DNA of 64,000 nt from Paraspadella gotoi (Eukaryota > Animalia > Chaetognatha): the NCBI GenBank assembly GCA_051294375.1, contig CM119270.1:4410152-4474151 (forward strand). The letters are read 5' to 3'. Each line of letters opens with the position of its first letter. Position 1 is the first letter of the stretch. Made by a program: the position numbers and the translations under genes. Shown here one piece after another: positions 56,569 to 64,000 of the stretch. A model generated the notes under the pieces. That model did not search any database. It worked only from the letters and a program-made list of their open reading frames with translations, and was not told the origin of the DNA.

Positions 56569-58908
56569 TCATCAACAAACGTTCACTTTTCATACTTTTA
56601 GTCCACCGATAACCATCTCCCATCCGACGACAACGCCGGCAGGAAATCGATCGGCGAATCCGGCGACGAAACGGGGCGCCGGTTGATCGGATGGAATCGC
56701 GTGGCGGCGTTCGGCATCGGAAGCAGCGCCAAATGGCGACGTCCGATGCGAGAGGAGCGAGTCGCGGATCGACACTTCGACGCCAAGATCGAGGATGTCA
56801 CGGAGATGCAATGTTCTGATGAGGGTCGAGGCAAAACGGGGAACAGAGATGGAGTGACAAGGCGATACGTTGCTTGCTTAGATGTAGAAGATAAAAAGAT
56901 TAAGATTGACTCTTTGACCAAGGATGTCGCAGAGATGCGATGTGATGACCATCAAGGCAAAGCAGAGAACAGATTTGGAGTGTCGAGGCGATACGCCGCT
57001 TGCTTTGATGTAGAGGATAAAAAGATTAAGATTGACTCTTTGACCAAGGATGTCGCGGAGATGCGATGTTGTGATAGGGGTCAAGGCGAAGTGGGAAACA
57101 GAATTGGAGTGCCTAGGCGATATGCCGCTTGCTTTGATGTAGAGGATAACAAGATTAAGATTGACTCTTTGACCAATGATGTTGCAGAAAAACAATGTTG
57201 TGATGATGGTCGAAGCAAAGCTGGGAACAGAGTTGGAGTGACGAGGCGATACGCCGCTTGCTTTGATGTAAAGGATAAAAAGATTGACTCTTTGAAGGCA
57301 AAAGAATCAGAAATTCAAGTTAATGTTGTTCCTGCTCAGAAGGGCTCAGAAGCAATGCATTTTAAAACAAGGTTTTCAGGGAGCAAAAACTGCCTTAAGG
57401 ACGTTTGCAGCACTGACAGTTGCGACCTTGACAACAAACTGGAAGCTCTTATAGAGTCTGATCATATATTTCCAGACAGACAGAACATAGAAACTCCTAT
57501 TTTAAAAGAAAGGGTCTTTGTAAGTGATGTGGACAATACTTGTTATAAAGAAAATAGTTCAGAGACTGAATATCATAATCTACTAAATTTTTTAACCAAA
57601 GTTAATCATTCAGATGATGATTCCGTCTTTAAGGCTGTTCCATCATTCTCCACAACAAGTTTTGAGAGTGATGACAAGAATTCAGAAGCTGCCGTGTCAA
57701 AGGTGTGTTTGCTGGAAAACAGAGATAAAGACAAAGCATCCAGTGGCTCTTTATGTTTCAACTCGGATATTGCAGAGATGCGATGTGATGATGGTCGAGC
57801 CAAAGCAAGGAACAGAGTTGGAGTGACAAGGCGATACGCCGCTTGCTTTGATGTAAAAGATAAAAATATTAAGATTAACTCTTTGACCAAGGATGTCACG
57901 GAGATGCGATGTTGTGATGATGGTCGAGGCAAAGCGGGGAACCGAGTTGGAGTGACAAGGCGATACGCCGCTTGCTTTGATGTAAAGGATAAAAAGATTA
58001 AGATTAACTCTTTGACCAAGGATGTCACGGAGATGCGATGTTGTGATGATGGTCAAGGCAAAACGGGAAACAGAGTTGGAGTGACTAGGCGATATGCTGC
58101 TTGCTTCGATGTAGAGGATAAAAAGATTAAGATTGACTCTTGGAATGCAAAAGAATCAGAAATTCAAGTTCAGGGTGATTGTTTGGAAGCAACACATTTT
58201 AAAACAAGGTTCTCAGGGAGCAAAAACGGCCTTGAGGACATTTGCAGCACTGACAGTTGCGACCTTGACCGCAAACTGGAAGCTCTTACAGAGTCTGATC
58301 ATATATGTCCAGACGGCCAGAACATAGACACACCTATTTTAAAAGAAAGGGTCTTTGTAAGTGATGTGGACAACACCGGTTATCAAGCAAATAGTTTAGA
58401 GACTGGATATCATTCGGATGATGATCCCGTATTTAAGGCTGTTCCATCATTCTCCACCACAAGTTTTGAGAGTGATGACAAGAATTCAGAAGCTGCTGGG
58501 TCAAAGGTGAGTTTGCTGGAAAACAGAGATAAGGATGAAGCGTCCAGCGGCTCTTCTAGTTCCGACTCGGAGCAGGAGGAAAAATTAACCTCCTGTTCGA
58601 AAGTTAAGTGGTCAGAGGGCACTTACCAACTCAAGGACAGCACGTCTTGTAGTTCGAAATGGTCAGGGGACGAGGACAGAATCATGAAAGCCAGATCATG
58701 GAACGACATAAGTTCCGAGTGCGAATTCAACAACATCGAAAACGCGAAATGGTCAGAAGGCGATGATAACCACAGCGAAGAAGAAGCGACTTGTACCAGC
58801 GAATTAAAGTGGAACAATTACGCCAGTTGGAGCTCGATGAATGCTGATTCTGAAGAATTTTATCCTAGTAAAATGGGAAGGGGGATATTCAAAAAACAAG
58901 AATGGTAA
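56485..58908 (+). CDS. Tandem-repeat Cys-rich protein, ~770 aa (ATG exon 56485-56487 + exon 56602-58908)
   Basis: The 2.3-kb open frame begins exactly after the acceptor ttttag (56601); ATG|gtgaga donor upstream is in phase 0. Seven 42-43-aa repeats (DVAEMRCCDDGRGKAGNRVGVTRRYAACFDVEDKKIKIDSLTK) plus two long spacer repeats; all indels are frame-preserving. Confidence 0.7.
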
Positions 58909-59277
58909 TTCAAATGTGTTGTGCCGCAGTGACTGCCTTATCACGTGTATTTCTTATGATATGACATAACATGACAAAATAACTTTCTTAGACCATGTAT
59001 TTATGACATGCACTGCATCAAAATTCCGTCTTTTATTCTATTTTAGTTTTAGGATTTCCTGAAGGCGGTGCTGGAAGTCCCTTAAATTTGAGGTTGTTTC
59101 TGTCTTAACAAAAGAGCAACCAACTATAGCAACCAATTATAGTATAGGGAAATTATATGCATTTTTAACATAAGTGGGACAGATCGACGGATAGACATAC
59201 CAACGGACAGACCGACCGACCAACAAGTGACTTATAGAGTTTCTCCGCTAGTACTCGCGGCGTAACTAAAAAAAAAA
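58891..59277 (+). mobile_element. HINE-like family C copy 2
   Basis: Colinear with 10237-10533; 5' gttgtgccgc vs 3' gcggcgtaac inverted subterminal motif; (GACC/GACA) tract; ttatagag + hairpin + ctaaaaa. Confidence 0.7.
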
Positions 59278-59394
59278 TTGGCACTTCTTGTAAAAGACTC
59301 CTGAAATAGTTAAAATATATTCAAATTAAAAATAAACTTTATAAATTATACATTTTTTAGATATACATAAAAAAGTGAAACTAAATAAACTTTT

Positions 59395-59490
59395 GTGGAT
59401 AAGGCGCTACTTTGGCTGAAGATGACTATCCGTAACTTCTATAAGCCCCTCTAGCAGCCATGGAATGGGTCCTGGGCTTGGTACCAGGTT
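59395..59490 (-). mobile_element. SINE family A 3' fragment
   Basis: gataaggcgc..ggctgaagatgactatccg..cccctctag is the reverse complement of 32418-32474. Confidence 0.75.
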
Positions 59491-59935
59491 TGAATTTTTT
59501 AAATTTTACTGAAGATACAGCCTTATAATAAAATACAAATTCTAAAATCAATGTAACTACAGGGTTTGGACTTAAAACTTACCCCCCATAAGAAAAATTA
59601 CTATTTCCTTTGATAATTTGTACTTAATGATAGATCTGAAAAATTTGGTTTTATCAATTATTTGATTGGTCATTTTACTACATGTTTTAAAAAGTATACC
59701 TTACTTAGGACCCTTCCAAAGATGAGTAGTAAGGCGTAGTGAAAGTTGCAGATCAAAATTCGAACGGTTGCTCATGAACAGTCTTGTACTAAAGAACATT
59801 GATATATAAACAACATTTTTTTTAGTTTCTCAATTTTTGCATACGCCCATATTTATACATAGTACTAAATTTCAAAACCTAAATATTAATTTAAATTGAT
59901 AATATAAGATTTTTTACCTTAAAAGCTTTGAAATA

Positions 59936-60130
59936 TGTGGATAAGGCGCTAAGTGGGCTGAAGAGTGCTATCCGCAACTTTTTAAACCCCTCTCGCTGGA
60001 ACTAGGCTTTAAGGTTTTCTACACCCCCATGGCGGTTTACAGCTGTTTACGGCTTTTCCCGCAGGGTAGATACCATTGGGGAACGATCCCACTATATAAT
60101 GGTCAAGACTCAAGTGTACTTTAGTATAGC
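59936..60130 (-). mobile_element. SINE family A, near full length
   Basis: Reverse complement aligns to 32315-32474, including a degenerate B box and taccctg/taaaccgcc motifs. Confidence 0.75.
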
Positions 60131-60227
60131 ATAACATTTTTTTGGAAAGTTTACCAAATATGTTTTTGAAAAATTTTGAAGAGACAGTAATTATTGATAA
60201 GTGTTAATGACAGAACCGTTCAATGTA

Positions 60228-60303
60228 AGCAGTCCCTGAGCTTCGGATCAGACTGTAACACCGTGTTACAGGCGGGTTAAGCGCCCCGTCCCTCTTAACT
60301 GCT
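60228..60303 (-). ncRNA. Twister ribozyme (P5-permuted), copy 1
   Basis: Minus strand AGCAGU uaa GAGG GACGG GGCGCU UAA CCC GC CUGUAACA-cgg-UGUUACAG UCUGA UCCGAAGC UCAGG g ACUGCU. Twister loop 4, GC/GC pseudoknot, CCG/CGG pseudoknot; predicted U^A cut between 60279 and 60278. Confidence 0.8.
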
Positions 60304-60658
60304 AGGCGGCCACCGGGCTAGAACCCCGGACATTTTAGTTGGGAGGCGAATGACTTGCCTCCGACACCAATGGCCGCTGATGAAGCGGTTGGGTGAGATT
60401 TTAGTCCACCATACATACCCCCCCTCACCGTTAGGGAGAAGTCTGTTGCGTCTCTTCAGTGAATTGTTGTTGTGGTGGAAAGTGCGTCACCAAGTTGAGG
60501 CATGTCGCCCTGATGTGTTGTTGGCGGAAAGTGCATCGCCAGGTTTGAGGCATTGTCGCCTGAATATGTTGTTGTTTGTCGTTGTGTTCGGAAGTCGGGC
60601 TCACCAATGAAGAGACAGTAATTATTGATAAGTGTTAATGACAGAACGTTCAATGTAA

Positions 60659-60734
60659 AGCAGTCCCTGAGCTTCGGATCAGGCTGTAACACCGTGTTAC
60701 AGGCGGGTTAAGCACCCCGTCCCTCTTAACTGCT
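60659..60734 (-). ncRNA. Twister ribozyme (P5-permuted), copy 2
   Basis: Same core; P4 base pair C-G (U-G in copy 1); P1 segment GGUGCU; predicted cut between 60710 and 60709. Confidence 0.8.
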
Positions 60735-60941
60735 AGGCGGCCACCGGGCTAGAACCCTGGACCTTTTGAGTTTGAGGCGAATGACTTGCCTCCGGCACCA
60801 ATGGCCGCTGATGAATGTTGGTGGATTTTAGTAGCACCATAATTTTATAGTATTTTAGCTATCATAGGCATATTTTACCAGAGGTGCCTTTAGTAAGGAT
60901 TCATTTTATCCACATTTTTTGTACCCATTTACGAAGGCTTA

Positions 60942-60950
60942 CTATAAATA
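60942..60950 (+). promoter_or_regulatory. TATA box candidate
   Basis: ctataaata ~40 nt upstream of ATG 60984. Confidence 0.45.
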
Positions 60951-60983
60951 AACCAAGTTACAAGATCCCCTTCCCATTTCACT

Positions 60984-62160
60984 ATGAAAGGATGTTGTCA
61001 AACAAGCTTTGACTGGAACGAGGACATCGACAGAGATTTGTACGTGGAGGAATCTCAAAACTCTCCGATAGACTCTCAATTTTCAGCAGTCATTGACACT
61101 CACATAGATGTCGTTCACTCAAACATTGACATCATTGACTCTCAGAATCCAGATTGCAGCAGTTGGCCAGTCGACGTAAACATTGACATCATGGACTCTC
61201 AGAATCCCGATTGCAGCGGTTGGCCAATCGATGTAAACGTTGACATCATTGACTCTCAGAATCCAGATTGCAGCGGTTGGCCAGTCGATGTAAACATTGC
61301 AGAGGAAGTTGACGCCGTTGGTTGCTACTCTGTCCTCCCGCACACAGACCCCGGTGTCATTCCAATGAATCCTTTTGCGGCCGAGTGGCATCAATACCTC
61401 ACGCCATCATTTCATCCCAATTGGAACAATAACAACAATAACCAAGGAATTGTGCTCGACCCTGAGTTACTCCGCATCGATCCAGAAGTCAAACGTTCGA
61501 TCACAGGCGATATTTGTGGGGTCACTTACACCATGGCGGGACCTGATGATTCAATGGATGAATGGATCCCACTGAATACTGAGGAGAATGAAGGGACTTT
61601 TGTTCATCACATTGTGCATCATTATGTTTCGCCATCAAACCCCCCACACACCGTCGCCGCCTGCCCGGTTATTCCCGCTCCTCCTCCTCCAGGCAACAGT
61701 TGGCAGATAAATCTACCCACTGAACCAATCGAGGTGACTGATTGTACCCTGAGATGGCACGCCGATCCATCAAGTCCAGCAATGGAGCAGCCACCGATGT
61801 CTGTTTTGGAGGATACGCCTTATGTTGTTGGGAAATCATCATCATCATCATCTTTGGCTGCGTATTCAGTGGTGTCGCCTATTCCATCGCTTCTGTCGGC
61901 CGCAGCTTGGTCTCCTTATGCCTCGAACCCATCGTCAGTCTGCTTGTCAGCCACAAGATCAAATGTCTCGCCTAACTCATCAACAACGACGCTGCTGTCT
62001 CTTCCTGATTGGCCTCCCCAGAACCAACCATTGATGCTACCTTGTATGCAAACTTGGTGGCAATTTTTGCCATTTCACCCAATGAAGCCCTCATGGCAGA
62101 CAGAGCGACGTTTCAATGAAGCTGGCACGTTTAATTATGCATCGATAAAGATCGCCGGCG
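60984..62160 (+). CDS. KH-domain protein gene, exon 1 (acidic 19-aa repeats, P/S-rich low complexity)
   Basis: Long ORF from ATG 60984 with three NIDIIDSQNPDCSGWPVDV repeats; donor G|gtaggt at 62161 (phase 1) after SIKIAG. Confidence 0.7.
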
Positions 62161-62998
62161 GTAGGTGGTTGTTTTGATTCATGTACGATTTTAAGAAAAA
62201 TAATAATTTATTTGGGGTCATCTTGTCAGTTCAACTGTGGGGTGTCACGCCAGATTGACTCAGAATTTTTTTCAGAATTTTTTAAAGGTTTTTCTTGCCA
62301 GGTAGATTCTGCTCTAAGTTTCCCATCTTATGAGAATCTGAAAATCTTACAGTCGACCTGATAAGAAAAGTGCAATTGACTGAATTGATCTTCAGAGAAA
62401 AAAAAAGATGTTGTAACAATGTAAGTCGATGTAATGAGAATTTTTTTTTCCAAAAACTTTAACCGTTTTTTTCCCGGACATCACGAGAGGATATAAGTAT
62501 AAGATGCAAGTTTTTTTTATTGAATTAATGTGCATGATTAATATCAATCAATAGATTAAAGAATTGATACATGAAGGTATAGTATAAAGTATTTGCTACA
62601 TTGTTCATATTGGGACTCTCATTAACATAAATAGAATTAGGTGTAGATCGATTCAGGAATTTTTTATTTTCTCATCATGTCGATTCACATTTTTTATTTT
62701 TCTCATCAGATCGATCCACAAAATATTCATTTTCTTATCGGATCGAAAAAGAAGTTTCTAAATTTTTTTTTCTTATGACATCGATTTTTTTCTCATCACA
62801 TCAATGTCGATTCTATGAAAAAAATTAAATGAGAATCGTTCTCATGAGGACAATTATCGATCTGGAGACATGTACCCATTTAGATGATAGGAAGATTTCT
62901 CTAGTGTTTTTGATACTGAATTTTGCTTTTTGTTAATTTCTCATTTGCCTAAAAAAATATCATCAAAGAAGCTAAATGTAAGCTTTGTTTTTGAAAAG

Positions 62999-63192
62999 GA
63001 TATCGGCAGATTCTTGAAGGGCTGGAGATTTATTTGTCAAAACCGTTACAAGAGGCCACAAGCGAAATTGAAACGTTCTGGCAATGCTGCTGCTTTGAAA
63101 ACTTGGCACCAATGGAAGCCGCTTTGGAAATCAACTTCCCAGCGAGTCTCTTGGACCAGCTCATCGGGAAGAATGGAGAAAATGTCAAGCGG
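62999..63192 (+). CDS. KH-domain protein exon containing the GxxG loop
   Basis: aag|GA TAT..: GYRQILEGLEIYL...LEINFPASLLDQLIGKNGENVKR|gtatga; IGKNGENVKR is the canonical KH signature. Confidence 0.8.
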
Positions 63193-63391
63193 GTATGAAT
63201 GGTGTTTAACAAATGTTAATTGACATGTGTTGATGGTGCGAGTTACAAATTTGAAATTACCAGCAATCCTAGATCTGAATAATAGAAATTATGAATTTCT
63301 GAGAATATGGGACGATTGCAAATGGGAAGGGTAGCCGGTCACAGTAAGAAGTCAACATCATCCTCTTGCAATTTTCCCTTTCATCACTCAG

Positions 63392-63562
63392 TTAATGGGA
63401 ATTAATCCAATTCGCCTCATCGTCTTAACACACGATTTCGTCAACGACGTTCACCCAATCGTCTTGAGCGGATTCCCGCCTAATCTCAAATCCTTTTTCT
63501 CCGCCGTCAAACGCACCTTTCCCCCATCGACTCACCCTAAGGTCAACCTATCCTTGATGAAT
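63392..63562 (+). CDS. KH-domain protein exon completing the KH fold
   Basis: Acceptor ttttccctttcatcactcag, phase 0: LMGINPIRLIVL...PIVLSGFPPNLKSFFSAVK...; donor gtaagt at 63563; 171 nt, frame-preserving. Confidence 0.75.
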
Positions 63563-64000
63563 GTAAGTAATATCAATAATTGTAGTAATAGATGTAATTG
63601 TGATGGTTTTACAGTGTGTTTCAATGGTACTGTCGGTTAACTTTTACATATTGTGCGGAACTGTGTGCTATTAAATATTATTTCTGAGATAACAATGTCG
63701 AAGATAAGTTCCTACCATTTATGATACTATATTTTGAATTCAATTTTTATGAATTGTTCTTTACAGAACATTTAATTTAATTGAGTCTTTATTTCTTACT
63801 TTTTTAATTTTTAGATAATTTTTTTAACTTTACAATAAATTTTATTAAAAAATTATATAAAAAAATATTTTAAATAGATATAAATTATTTAAATTTTAAT
63901 TTGTATAAAATAAGTTAATAAATTAAAAGAAATAAACAAATATTTAAAAAATATATATAAATTGATAAAAATTTGCTAATTAATTTGATATTTAAATTTT

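Larger units (their letters stand above)
60177..60842 (-). mobile_element. Tandem 431-bp structured unit (~1.5 copies), retrozyme-like
   Basis: 60177-~60415 is repeated at 60608-~60842; each copy contains a twister ribozyme motif and further hairpins. Confidence 0.75.

Noticed and set aside
60340-60365. GGCGAAUG resembling HDV ribozyme J4/2
   Set aside because: No P1/P2/P3 nested pseudoknot found; the motif is part of a simple hairpin.
60470-60570. Plus-strand hammerhead-like CUGAUG...GGAAAG..AUC in the 431-bp unit
   Set aside because: A9 is missing and stems I and III do not pair, so no ambisense ribozyme is supported.

Overview
Eukaryotic (most likely invertebrate metazoan) draft-assembly scaffold: AT-rich, dense in (AG)n/(CAT)n/(CGT)n microsatellites, many N gaps, and stretches that look like uncorrected long-read fill (25-N gaps flanked by indel-ridden duplicates). 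Supported content: a frameshifted Ty3/Gypsy pol (minus, ~5.2-9.6 kb); two tRNA-derived SINE families; two Helentron/HINE-like non-autonomous families; a minimal type I hammerhead ribozyme motif (32.86 kb); a spliced minus-strand alpha/beta-hydrolase (ABHD12/13/17-like, 42.8-45.0 kb); a GPCR-like multipass exon present twice (probably an assembly duplicate); a ~770-aa Cys-repeat protein gene (56.5-58.9 kb); and a KH-domain protein gene (61.0-63.6 kb). The standout is a ~1.5-mer tandem of a 431-bp structured unit (60177-60842) carrying two minus-strand twister ribozymes. Their P1 is reduced to a 6-nt self-complementary segment, suggesting a dimer-dependent twister 'retrozyme'/circular-RNA element. 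All calls come from manual reading, with no database searches run.
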